Part shown: positions 1 through 9,342 of the stretch, in pieces
Numbering within the stretch: position 1 is the first letter of the stretch
Layout: every line of letters begins with the position of its first letter
NCBI GenBank assembly: GCA_964342815.1
Contig: CAYFHS010000027.1
Location: 1 to 54,966, forward strand
Source: an uncultured archaeon
Lineage (GTDB): Archaea; Thermoplasmatota; Penumbrarchaeia; JASLWR01
Direction of reading: 5' to 3'
Length of the DNA: 54,966 bases
Notes under the pieces: model-generated
The model's input: only the letters and a program-made list of their open reading frames with translations
Databases searched by the model: none
What the model was told of the DNA's origin: nothing
Translations under genes and position numbers: made by a program

Positions 1-53
1 CCTATTACTTGTTCAGCCAAGCCCATAGGTCTTGGCTTCTCAAGTAAGATGAG

Positions 54-141
54 CCAGAATGGGACGGCTTTACACGTAAAGTCAGGAACATTTGGACTGA
101 CTTATTGGTAAAGTTGAACCAGAATGGGACGGCTTTACACG
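54..141. repeat. Two-copy 23-bp direct repeat CCAGAATGGGACGGCTTTACACG (54-76, 119-141) with a 42-bp interval
   Basis: Exact 23-nt match read directly. Flanking or internal hairpins: AGCCAAG/CTTGGCT and AGTCAG/CTGACT. Confidence 0.9.
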
Positions 142-146
142 ATAAC

Positions 147-1136
147 TTAGCATTTTTGTATTTTTTCAAGATACTCTTTTATCATTACAATTTCCCCGGT
201 TATGTCCATTCCTAACCTTGTTCTGATTGTACTGATTATCTCAGTTGCCTTTTTACGCCCCTGATTTTTGGATTCAATTTCTTCCAATACCAGAAATCCC
301 TCACCCGTGATAATTGCGACTTCGCCTTTCTTCATTCTCCTTTCTGCAACTTGACCTGGTATACCCAAAAAAGGATACGATGGAATTTCATAATGTGCTT
401 TCCAAACATAAATTTTTTTTGATCCCATGTAAGTGTATGCCCCCGTAAAAGGCTCTGAAACAGCTCTTATTAATCGATCTAACTTTATTGCTGGAAGTTT
501 CCAATCTATTTCGCCATCTATAGGGCTACGTGGATAACATCTTAATGATAATGAAGGGTCTTTGGATTGATGAGAAAGTTCTATTGAGTCCGTTGCAAAC
601 CCGTTTATTGCATCTAAAAACATATCCGGGCAGTTATTACGAATAAATTCATAGACTTCTGAAATATTGGTCTTATTTGTTACAGGTATTTCTCGTTGAA
701 TGACGATTGGACCCGCATCCAATTCAACAACCATCAAATGGAGAGTTAATACTATCTTTTTTTCACCAGAAATGATTGCCCAATTGGGTACCGCATTACC
801 CCTGTAACGGGGTAAGTCCCCCGCATGTGCATTTATAATTCCATATGGAAAACAATCAATAACTTCTTGACTAATAATGGTTTTCCAGTTAAAACCAATT
901 CCAATATCCGGTTTGCTCTCTTTAATAATATTTTTTACCTCCGGAGAATTGATCCTTTCCGTCTCAATAAAACCAACCCCGATCTTCTTCGCTAGTAATT
1001 TAAAATCATTGGTAGTTACTCTGTAGCCTGGAGACTCTTTACAGGAGATAATAAGTATGATATCATGACCTGCTCCCCTTATTTTCATGATGCTTTCATA
1101 CAGATTCTCCGTCCTACCAATCGCTACGACTCTCAT
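147..1136 (-). CDS. Formyltransferase of the Fmt/ArnA N-terminal family, probably a nucleotide-sugar N-formyltransferase
   Basis: Motifs INAHAGDLPRYRGNAVPNWAI and ELDAGPIV, plus a C-terminal Fmt-like domain (DGEIDW...RLIRAVSEPFTGAYT). Confidence 0.85.
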   Translation of the reverse strand: MRVVAIGRTENLYESIMKIRGAGHDIILIISCKESPGYRVTTNDFKLLAKKIGVGFIETERINSPEVKNIIKESKPDIGIGFNWKTIISQEVIDCFPYGIINAHAGDLPRYRGNAVPNWAIISGEKKIVLTLHLMVVELDAGPIVIQREIPVTNKTNISEVYEFIRNNCPDMFLDAINGFATDSIELSHQSKDPSLSLRCYPRSPIDGEIDWKLPAIKLDRLIRAVSEPFTGAYTYMGSKKIYVWKAHYEIPSYPFLGIPGQVAERRMKKGEVAIITGEGFLVLEEIESKNQGRKKATEIISTIRTRLGMDITGEIVMIKEYLEKIQKC

Positions 1137-1473
1137 AATAGACCTTCAATGTTCACCGCATGATTCTTTCGGACCATACAAAGTGAACTACCTATAATGA
1201 GAATAAGATATAAACCCAACGATAAATTTCTTATTAATCAATAAACACTGATTCCATCTCTTTTTCAAAAAAGGGTACTCAAAAAGGTTTACATGCTGGT
1301 TGATTTGATTCTGAATTTTGTTATTATCACATCTGATATTCAGCTCTTGTGGTCTTATGACCAGGATCGTGAGACGTATCATAATGCATATCCAAATTAA
1401 TTTCTTCTTAGAACAGATTTCTATACATCGACTCCCAACGATTGGGGGTCGTAAGTGGTTTTTTCCTTAATAT

Positions 1474-2529
1474 CTAAATTTTTTGACATAGAAGGTTTTT
1501 AGAAGCCTTCAGAATAGTTTCAGATGGGGAATTACCGCTCAATCTCATCCTAGCCATTATCTCCCCTACTTTCAAACCACCAGCAATAAGTTGTATGACC
1601 GGCAGTGGACCGAGATGATTAAAAGTGAAGGCCATTCTGTGCTTTTCTACTGTTCTAGGGGGATATAATTCGATATGCAAATCGGATAATGCCTCGATAT
1701 CTCCTATACCGATATATTGGATGACCTTCAATCGTGGGTTATTTACCAGATTCTCCTTTATAGGGTCCCAATTAAATATATTCCTTGGATCATTCATCTG
1801 GGCAGTTATAATAGCATCCGATTCGGATATAAAATCAACATCTATATTTTCTGGCTGGTCGAAACACCGAACTTCAGCTCCGTTCTTCATCAGATATTTT
1901 CCGATTATATCTCCAAATGCATCATTGCTATATATTGCTATCTTATTTCCTTTTATTTCCAGACCGGCATCAAAACATAACTTAAGTGCTAAGAGCCCAC
2001 AATAGTCAAATACATCTAATAAAGGATGTGATTCATTTGTGCCCATGACAGGAATGCCCTTTTGCATGCAGGCATCCAGATCAACATCAGTTTTTCTAAG
2101 TTCCCATGACACATACATAAGCGGTATTACTGCAGTTTCTTTCATATTAGCAATAAAACCTTTGTCGATGGGCCTTAATAAGCCCATATTTGTGATTAGG
2201 TCAGCATTTGAGATGATCTCCGGGGTAAGGTCTGTGATTACCTGAATATCATCCAACCCTGATAGTTTGATGAGTCGTTCTCCATCTCGGATGACATTTT
2301 CAGCAGGTGAATAATGTGTGTCTTTTGTGAACGCAAATACCCTTTTTGCTCCCGCTAATCCAGCAATAAATGGTGTGTAGATAAAGTTCTCCGAGGCAAT
2401 TTCGGTAAGTAGAACTAGATCTGATAATTCCAATCCTATCCTTTGGATAATATGATTGATTATTTTTAGGTCTTTACGAAACCTGCTTTCCTTTAATCCT
2501 GCCGATTGACCCAATATCGCTTCCTCCAT
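1474..2529 (-). CDS. Hypothetical Rossmann-fold protein, 351 aa
   Basis: Long ORF with LEIKGNKIAIYSNDAFG and ADLITNMG...IDK segments resembling NAD-binding dehydrogenase folds. Function not recognised. Confidence 0.7.
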   Translation of the reverse strand: MEEAILGQSAGLKESRFRKDLKIINHIIQRIGLELSDLVLLTEIASENFIYTPFIAGLAGAKRVFAFTKDTHYSPAENVIRDGERLIKLSGLDDIQVITDLTPEIISNADLITNMGLLRPIDKGFIANMKETAVIPLMYVSWELRKTDVDLDACMQKGIPVMGTNESHPLLDVFDYCGLLALKLCFDAGLEIKGNKIAIYSNDAFGDIIGKYLMKNGAEVRCFDQPENIDVDFISESDAIITAQMNDPRNIFNWDPIKENLVNNPRLKVIQYIGIGDIEALSDLHIELYPPRTVEKHRMAFTFNHLGPLPVIQLIAGGLKVGEIMARMRLSGNSPSETILKASKNLLCQKI

Positions 2530-2777
2530 TCATTGACTTTTAAATGTAAAAGCTATCTCACGATAAATATCTTTTTATTCTTAGGTTGCGATTCAATATT
2601 TACCTGGAGCTTTCTCATAAAGCGATAATACTATTAATGAGGTAAGAGAGAAACTTGGGGGAAGATATCTAAGAAATACTCATAGTTTTCAAGAAGATCG
2701 ATATATCACAGGAATAATAATGGCCCTTATTATCTATCTTGATAAATTCTTCTCTGTTATAGCGTTCAATTTGTAAA

Positions 2778-3998
2778 TCAATCTCCGTTCTTGCTCTCTT
2801 TAGTATCTTTCGGTGTTATTACTCCGACGATCAACAAGAAAAACCAATTCCCAATTAGAAGGACCGAGGACGGGATCAAAAGGTAAATGGGCCAATTCCA
2901 AGAGAAATACTCTTCGGCGAGTTTGTCCAGCGTTGGTGAAACCTCCATCATATCCAGGAGAGTATGCACACCCCACCGATAAAAGAAAAATCCCAGACCA
3001 ACGAGGATTCCCGCTATCAACAGATACTTTGCAGCTTTTTTGTTATTCTTGAAGATCATTACAACAGAAATCACGGAAAGTATAGCTGCGATGATGAACA
3101 TGGGGAATGCCGCGACCATGAGGGCTACTATCCCCGCCTGGGAGCGTGTGGCAAGGTAGACGTTGTTCGGGTTCGGATGACCATCCGAAGTAAAAGGTTC
3201 CCGGGGATCATTGTCCACCTTTCCGTTAACATCGGTCATTGAACATTCGATTCTTGCGACGATACCCATTCTTTTCTCCGAAGTATCGGATGTTATGTCA
3301 TAAGAGTACTGGATGGAATCGCCATCATGTCTTAAAACATCTGTGACGCTCTCCTCAAGTATTATCTCTTTGGTTTCATAAATTTCCTTTTCTTCATCAT
3401 ATTTGGTCCATAGCTCGATCCTGACATTTGATATATCCACACTTGCCAGGCCATGTGATTTGTCTATCGTGACCGTTATGGTGCAGGTCTGGCTAATTCC
3501 GTCGACCCAGATCGGGACCCGGTCGATATTGGTTTTAACCTCTATCTTTGCGAAATTGTCCGTATCGTTGTTATTATCGTAGACCGACGCATTCAGGTAA
3601 TAGGTCATGGTCTTGTAACTGTTCATAATGATCCCGAGACGCTCGGGTAGGTCTGGACCCGGACCTTGTACAAAGAATCTTTCGTTCCTCACGCCCATTC
3701 CACCCATCATCCCGCCTTCAACACCGGCTTCAACATCAAAACCGTAGAGATATAATTTTGCATCCAATCCCGCCTCGGATTGCCCCACAGGCGTATTTAT
3801 TGGAACCTTTGCGTCAACGTGACAGGTCGGGTATAGGTGGGCCATTAAAAGGATCGCCATGGAAAGAACGATTAAGAAAACGCTAACCGATTTCTTCAAG
3901 AAAGAACCGGATATGCCATTTTTTTTCTTTAAAATTTCAGATCCTTCCTTATGGGCTTCTGGTTTAGCTGGCTTGTGGGATTCATCTTCAACGGACAA
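2778..3998 (-). CDS. Hypothetical membrane protein with an extracellular domain
   Basis: One N-terminal hydrophobic segment, a polar beta-rich middle and about three C-terminal TM segments. Confidence 0.75.
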   Translation of the reverse strand: MSVEDESHKPAKPEAHKEGSEILKKKNGISGSFLKKSVSVFLIVLSMAILLMAHLYPTCHVDAKVPINTPVGQSEAGLDAKLYLYGFDVEAGVEGGMMGGMGVRNERFFVQGPGPDLPERLGIIMNSYKTMTYYLNASVYDNNNDTDNFAKIEVKTNIDRVPIWVDGISQTCTITVTIDKSHGLASVDISNVRIELWTKYDEEKEIYETKEIILEESVTDVLRHDGDSIQYSYDITSDTSEKRMGIVARIECSMTDVNGKVDNDPREPFTSDGHPNPNNVYLATRSQAGIVALMVAAFPMFIIAAILSVISVVMIFKNNKKAAKYLLIAGILVGLGFFFYRWGVHTLLDMMEVSPTLDKLAEEYFSWNWPIYLLIPSSVLLIGNWFFLLIVGVITPKDTKESKNGD

Positions 3999-4009
3999 TA
4001 AATCACCCC

Positions 4010-6070
4010 TTACGAGAACAAACCCATGATCTGGTTGCCGCTAACCTTTGTCACGTAGATCAGTCTGCCCGTTTCCACATCCACGCCAACGATGAAAGTA
4101 TCCCCCGTCTCATATACGGATGCCTTCTGAAAATGCCACGCGTATTTGGAATGGGGCATTGTTATACCTGTGATGAGCTGAATTATCTCAAAACCCGGTT
4201 GGTCGCTGGATGTCTCCCCCTCACCTAGGTGTATCGTAAGGTCCTTGACCTCTAGATCCCCCGTCAATATATTGAAAAATTCATCATTAGCATCCTCGTC
4301 ATCCCTTAGAATATCGACAACTCCAGAAACCGTGATGCCATTGGAGGCCAGCTCGCTCCTTTTAAAGTTGGAATAACGTCTTCGATTTCCCAGGTCCTTT
4401 TCTATTTCCGTAGTAGTTGAATATGGATCTCTTGGATTCACTTTCTTGGTTACATTCCTCGCGACCCTTAAATTGTACCGTCTCTCGGGCCATATATCAT
4501 TTTCTTCATCATCGTCATGATTCTCTTCTTTCTCCCAGTATTCACGGGCTTCCTCGTCCGAAAGATAATCACCCAGAGTTAAATTCCATTTATGTGATCC
4601 TGCTTTTTGCTGAAGGTCAGTATCCTCCAGACTTGCATTATACTTGGCATTCGTTACATAAGCATTGGGATACATCTTCAGAAAACTATCCAATCCTACA
4701 CTGTTCTCCATTGCGAAATCTAGAGCTTCCTCGGGAGCCATCTGAACCGTCCTTTCCGCAGGTTCCGCAGGTTCGAACATATGTCCCCCTTGGGGAACCT
4801 TGCCCCATTCTTCATATTCGCCCTTAGGATGTAAGTCCGGAAATTCAGCAATTCCATTTTCCCAGGGGATATCTGCGGTTCCCCTGGTATATCCTTTTTG
4901 AAGAATCCTTTCCTGTTCCAGAATTATCCAAAACGCGGTCTTATTATCTTCATAGCTCTGGTTAGTCCTCAAATATTCCTTTGTTGGATAGGATATTTCA
5001 TTGGATATCCATACGACCCGTTTAAAATCAAGCCAATTAAAAAATTTGCTCGTAATATTTATCCGCAAACTTTGCAACCCCGCTATATTTTCAACGTCCT
5101 CGGCGGTCCAGTTGTAATAACCGCCGGACCATTCCGAAGATCCCTCAAAGAGAAAACTGCCTTCATCGTCTTCAGTAATGTTTTCTCCCTCGTAAACCTC
5201 TTCGTCAAGAGTTTTCATTTGATCCTCGTAGGGTTCAGGATAGTATCTCAGGTCGGCATTATAATGGATCGGGACTGGTACTGTTGCTTTCGGAAGTTGA
5301 TCCACTGCCAGCTCGCCGTGGTTCATGGATTTTATAACACGCCCCTCTACGAGCTCCTTGTATACTTTATTGTCTGCATTGAACGTTCCCGCCACCGATA
5401 CCTTTCCCGTATCGGAGGAATCCAGGCTGACGGTAAAGGAACCATCCAATTTTTGACGTTCAAGAAGGCTCTGGTGATTGTCTCCGAATCCGCTTTCAGC
5501 CGTTACCGGCCCGTTAACCTCGTTATCCCACTGGCCGTTACCATTGAGTGTATATTTGGAATAATTACCCGAGGTCTTGTTCTCCCAGTATATCTGGGCA
5601 AACAGGGTGAAATCATAACGATATTTGTCATCTAACTTTTTTTCTGGAATCTCCACGGAGAATTTTATATCCTCCTTGCCACCAATCTCCACGTTGATTG
5701 ACTTAATTTCAATATCTACGATTCCCTTTTCAATATCTATATCTACTATCTTCAACTCCACGTCGTAATATCCATCATCGTTCGTATCAACCATTTCGGG
5801 GTAATCTTTTGTAAGATAAACCTCTTTGGGATCTGACTCTATCCTTATAAGGACGGAATTTCCGTCTATAGAAAGCACGGTGATCTCATGAGTGATGTCA
5901 CCAATAGTGACGGATTTCTCCTCTTTCAATTTGAATTGATTCTCCGTGGGAACATCAACATGATCATTCTGTGTTTCGTCATTTTCCTTGGGTCTATAAT
6001 TTTCAAAATACGCGAAATATGCATTAATAACGAGAGCGGAGATACAAATTATGACCAATATCTTTTTCAT
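4010..6070 (-). CDS. Large secreted or membrane-anchored hypothetical protein
   Basis: Start placed at MKKILVII (ATG 6070, preceded by GGTGA). N-terminal signal/anchor followed by a long acidic beta-rich body. Confidence 0.75.
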   Translation of the reverse strand: MKKILVIICISALVINAYFAYFENYRPKENDETQNDHVDVPTENQFKLKEEKSVTIGDITHEITVLSIDGNSVLIRIESDPKEVYLTKDYPEMVDTNDDGYYDVELKIVDIDIEKGIVDIEIKSINVEIGGKEDIKFSVEIPEKKLDDKYRYDFTLFAQIYWENKTSGNYSKYTLNGNGQWDNEVNGPVTAESGFGDNHQSLLERQKLDGSFTVSLDSSDTGKVSVAGTFNADNKVYKELVEGRVIKSMNHGELAVDQLPKATVPVPIHYNADLRYYPEPYEDQMKTLDEEVYEGENITEDDEGSFLFEGSSEWSGGYYNWTAEDVENIAGLQSLRINITSKFFNWLDFKRVVWISNEISYPTKEYLRTNQSYEDNKTAFWIILEQERILQKGYTRGTADIPWENGIAEFPDLHPKGEYEEWGKVPQGGHMFEPAEPAERTVQMAPEEALDFAMENSVGLDSFLKMYPNAYVTNAKYNASLEDTDLQQKAGSHKWNLTLGDYLSDEEAREYWEKEENHDDDEENDIWPERRYNLRVARNVTKKVNPRDPYSTTTEIEKDLGNRRRYSNFKRSELASNGITVSGVVDILRDDEDANDEFFNILTGDLEVKDLTIHLGEGETSSDQPGFEIIQLITGITMPHSKYAWHFQKASVYETGDTFIVGVDVETGRLIYVTKVSGNQIMGLFS

Positions 6071-6132
6071 ACTTTCACCGTTATCCTCTGTCACAATGAT
6101 TAAAAGTATCAATAAATAACATTATTTAAATT

Positions 6133-6546
6133 CTAATCTTCCTCTATTGCTTCGACCTCGAAAACCTCCATCACTGGTGCATCCCCTGCTTTTGAAAAGG
6201 TCACTTCTCCCTCTCGGGCGGCACCGCTTATGGCGATTTTCCTGGAATGACGAACTGAGTTGAAGTTCTGCACTATCAGGCCTATGCCAACCAATGAATA
6301 TAGTGTGATATTCGAGATATAATAGTTAGGTGTGAATACTTCGCTTTTCATCAACAGCAATGCCGCAAATACCGCACCGCCTATAAGAAAAAGGACCGAA
6401 AAACCATAGACAACCTGAACCAGGGTCGACGAATAATAACCTGCTCTTCTTTTTTTGTTGCTGTTCTTCGAAGGGATGAGTATCGAGAGTACGATGGCTA
6501 TCAGGAATGGGAACGCGATCAATGCAGGAATCGTATAGGTGCTCAT
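6133..6546 (-). CDS. Small membrane protein with three TM segments
   Basis: Three hydrophobic stretches and an acidic tail. Confidence 0.65.
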   Translation of the reverse strand: MSTYTIPALIAFPFLIAIVLSILIPSKNSNKKRRAGYYSSTLVQVVYGFSVLFLIGGAVFAALLLMKSEVFTPNYYISNITLYSLVGIGLIVQNFNSVRHSRKIAISGAAREGEVTFSKAGDAPVMEVFEVEAIEED

Positions 6547-6611
6547 ACTATCATTTCCCTAATTATTACTAACTGGATAACATTAACATAAACGTTATAT
6601 TTCTATTTAAA

Positions 6612-6655
6612 TTTTCAGTATGAAAAGTATGATTTTCATGAAAAGTATTATATAA
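6612..6655 (+). promoter_or_regulatory. Palindromic/direct-repeat operator overlapping a TATA-like box upstream of the AbrB-family gene
   Basis: TTTTCA-GTA-TGAAAA (6612-6626), perfect palindrome TTTTCATGAAAA (6633-6644), direct repeat ATGAAAAGTAT twice, and TTATATAA at 6648-6655. Confidence 0.6.
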
Positions 6656-6689
6656 CGTTCAAATCATTCATGATTTCAGGTGTATAGAG

Positions 6690-6932
6690 ATGGCATTTGT
6701 TAAACCGGATTTCTACGGCAGTTCCACCGTTGGCGAACGGGGACAGATAGTACTGCCTATAGAACTGAGAAAAAAGTTTTCCATAAGTGCCGGGGATAAG
6801 CTCCTGGTACTGGGTGGAGAACAGATGGGCGCATGGGGTATCATCCTCGTGAAGACGGAAATATTGAGCCAGATAATGTCTATGTTCGGCCAGAACATAG
6901 GTCAGATTCTGGAGAAGAGCGAGGACGAATAA
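6690..6932 (+). CDS. AbrB/MazE/SpoVT family DNA-binding protein
   Basis: Signature YGSSTVGERGQIVLPIELRKKFSISAGDKLLV; AGGTG RBS. Confidence 0.92.
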   Translation: MAFVKPDFYGSSTVGERGQIVLPIELRKKFSISAGDKLLVLGGEQMGAWGIILVKTEILSQIMSMFGQNIGQILEKSEDE

Positions 6933-6978
6933 CCCTATTAATGAATATTACATAAATTATTGAGGGGGAATTGTTAAT

Positions 6979-9306
6979 ATGATGAGAAATTTGAGATTAT
7001 TGAATTTGTTTATAACATTTTCAATTGTGATGACGGCTTGCATAATATTCATACCGTCAAATGCCGAAGCCTCTGTGAATTACGAACAGTCGTATTATGA
7101 TCCATACGATGATATCCAGCTTGTTGCCCAGGAAGGTCATTTCGTTACCGGGAGTCAATGGAAAGACCTGGACATTTCTCAGATGAACCTGAAATCCGAG
7201 ACCATTGTCACAGGCGTTCCTCCATTAACAATAGAGACCACAGAGATATCCATGTCCGTCACCGTAAGAGGTACAGTGAAAGATGAAAGCAAGTATATTT
7301 ACGGGGTATATCTAACTGTAAATTCAGAAGCCTATACTCTTATATACAAAGATAAAATCCCCCTTGGAGTGAATATGGATACCGAGGAAAAATTCACGCC
7401 CACGGTGGAGGGCATAGGAACCTCTACAATAACCTTTAAGGTGGAAGAAAGCCAAATAGGGAGCCCGAAGAGCGCTTATAATTGGAATGCCATCGCCATC
7501 GAGAGATCCGATGACGGAAATTTCGGAGACATCGCTCCAAATAAATTGATAAAAATAATCGACCCCTGGGATCGCTCCTTGGTTTACGGGACCATTGTTA
7601 TCAAGGGGGTGACCCGTAGCTCGCTGGTAACATATGAAAAAGTTGAGATCCAGCTTGATAGCAAGTCTGGTTCCAATTGGAAGACAGTAACCGATAAGGG
7701 AGGGTGGAAAACATGGGAATACTCCCTTGATACGACACTATTTTCGGAAATAGAACACTCGATTTATGTCCGAGCAACGGATTCCGATGGCAAAACACAT
7801 TTTGACGATATCATGTTTACAATCGATCAAGAATCCAAAGACAATCCGGCTTCAACGGATATGAAGCCGAGCCCGCATATAGGTGATAAATATGTTTTCG
7901 AATTGAGCTCCGCCGGAGAGGATGCACCAGAGATGATCAATATAGACATCTCGACCACAAGCAACATGGAAGCCAGCGTAGTAGGTCAGAATATTGAGGT
8001 CAATTCCTACGATTGCTGGAAAATGACTACTTCCCAGACCGGTAAATTGAATATCGGGGGTGTGGTGTTCAATTTTGAAACGGATGTAGAGATTTTTTTA
8101 GAGGATTCCAATTTCGATATTGCAAAAGAGGATTCGACAATTAAGATCACCAGCGGTATAACAACCCCCCAAGAACAGCATAAAATTTCCGAATATTCTC
8201 CGCCCAAGCTGCATTACGACTTCCCGGTTGAGGTAAGCAGTGAATGGTACGGCACCACTGATGTAACCATTAACCTTGATGGCGATAGCTCAGTTGACAC
8301 CCTGAATATTGAATATAAATGTCTTTTTCAGGACTCGCTTCTATCGGTACCGGGAGGCGATTTTGAAATCTACGCCATACGTTCGCAAAACGACGATGCT
8401 TCTTTCTACAAGGTGGAATTCTATGCACCGGAAATCGGATATCCCGTAAGAATAGAAACCTTCGATATCGACGACAATCTCATCGGGGTGCTGGTTCTTT
8501 CCGATTACGATATCAAAGATACATTTATTGAGTTTTCGGCAGAAATCGAGCTGGAAACAGAAGGGGAGGAAGGCAAGGTTTACGTAGGTGACAATATGGA
8601 TTTCAAGGTGAAGGTGAAGAACAACGGTATCGGAAAAGCCGATAATGCACTTGTGATTGGTTATTACAAGAATGTGGGTAGCACCGAAGATAAAACGGAA
8701 TTCGCAAGAGAAGAGGTGGAATTGGAATCTAAAAGTGAAAAAACGGTTACACTTTCCCTTCAAATTAATGAGAGCGGCACTTATGAGATCAGTTTCATAT
8801 CCCTATCGGATAAATCCGATTCTGTGCTTGATAACGAAATGGAATATGACGAAGAGGTCACGGTACTACATAAAACGACGAATGGAGAATCTTCTTTAAG
8901 TACAATTTCTACGAACACTATGATCATGGGCGGGGTGGTTATTGCTGTTGCTAGCCTGATAATTATCCTTCTTATCAGTAGAAAGAAAAAGGAGACTCCA
9001 GAGTTCCAATTCGTCACGGTGGAGGCAGTGGAAGTTGATGAAGAACCGGCAGAGGATCACAGTGTAGTTGAATTGGTAGAGGAGGTCACTGTGGCCAACG
9101 TTGAAATCGAGGACGAAGGTGGTGACAATGGTGGAGAAGAGAGTGAGAAAGAATATCAATGTCCTGCTTGTGAAGTCGAGCTAGGCGGTGATGAACTGGA
9201 ATGTCCGGAATGCAAAGTTGTGTTCGAAGAGTATCTCGCTGGTCTGGGGGAGGACGAACCGACTGAGGCTGACGAACTTTTAGGAGAGACAATAATGGAT
9301 GAGTAA
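6979..9306 (+). CDS. Secreted/surface protein with Ig-like and CARDB-like domains, a C-terminal TM and a zinc-ribbon tail
   Basis: Signal peptide, FKVKVKNNGIGKA (CARDB-like), TM at GGVVIAVASLIIILLIS, and CPAC...CPEC. Confidence 0.8.
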   Translation: MMRNLRLLNLFITFSIVMTACIIFIPSNAEASVNYEQSYYDPYDDIQLVAQEGHFVTGSQWKDLDISQMNLKSETIVTGVPPLTIETTEISMSVTVRGTVKDESKYIYGVYLTVNSEAYTLIYKDKIPLGVNMDTEEKFTPTVEGIGTSTITFKVEESQIGSPKSAYNWNAIAIERSDDGNFGDIAPNKLIKIIDPWDRSLVYGTIVIKGVTRSSLVTYEKVEIQLDSKSGSNWKTVTDKGGWKTWEYSLDTTLFSEIEHSIYVRATDSDGKTHFDDIMFTIDQESKDNPASTDMKPSPHIGDKYVFELSSAGEDAPEMINIDISTTSNMEASVVGQNIEVNSYDCWKMTTSQTGKLNIGGVVFNFETDVEIFLEDSNFDIAKEDSTIKITSGITTPQEQHKISEYSPPKLHYDFPVEVSSEWYGTTDVTINLDGDSSVDTLNIEYKCLFQDSLLSVPGGDFEIYAIRSQNDDASFYKVEFYAPEIGYPVRIETFDIDDNLIGVLVLSDYDIKDTFIEFSAEIELETEGEEGKVYVGDNMDFKVKVKNNGIGKADNALVIGYYKNVGSTEDKTEFAREEVELESKSEKTVTLSLQINESGTYEISFISLSDKSDSVLDNEMEYDEEVTVLHKTTNGESSLSTISTNTMIMGGVVIAVASLIIILLISRKKKETPEFQFVTVEAVEVDEEPAEDHSVVELVEEVTVANVEIEDEGGDNGGEESEKEYQCPACEVELGGDELECPECKVVFEEYLAGLGEDEPTEADELLGETIMDE

Positions 9307-9342
9307 TCCCTTTCCAATAATGATATAATTAGGGGTTTTATA

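Noticed and set aside
56-66. HDV-like ribozyme (GAAUGGGAC matches the HDV 3' end)
   Set aside because: The nested double pseudoknot cannot be built upstream of both copies.
54-141. CRISPR array
   Set aside because: Only two repeats; the third copy expected to overlap positions 1-11 does not match; no cas genes in the window.
147-1136. True methionyl-tRNA formyltransferase (fmt)
   Set aside because: The context is archaeal, and the sequence lacks the typical Fmt N-terminal FMGTPDFA motif.
4898-5635. 245-aa plus-strand ORF
   Set aside because: Antisense shadow of the 4010-6070 gene with no domain signal.
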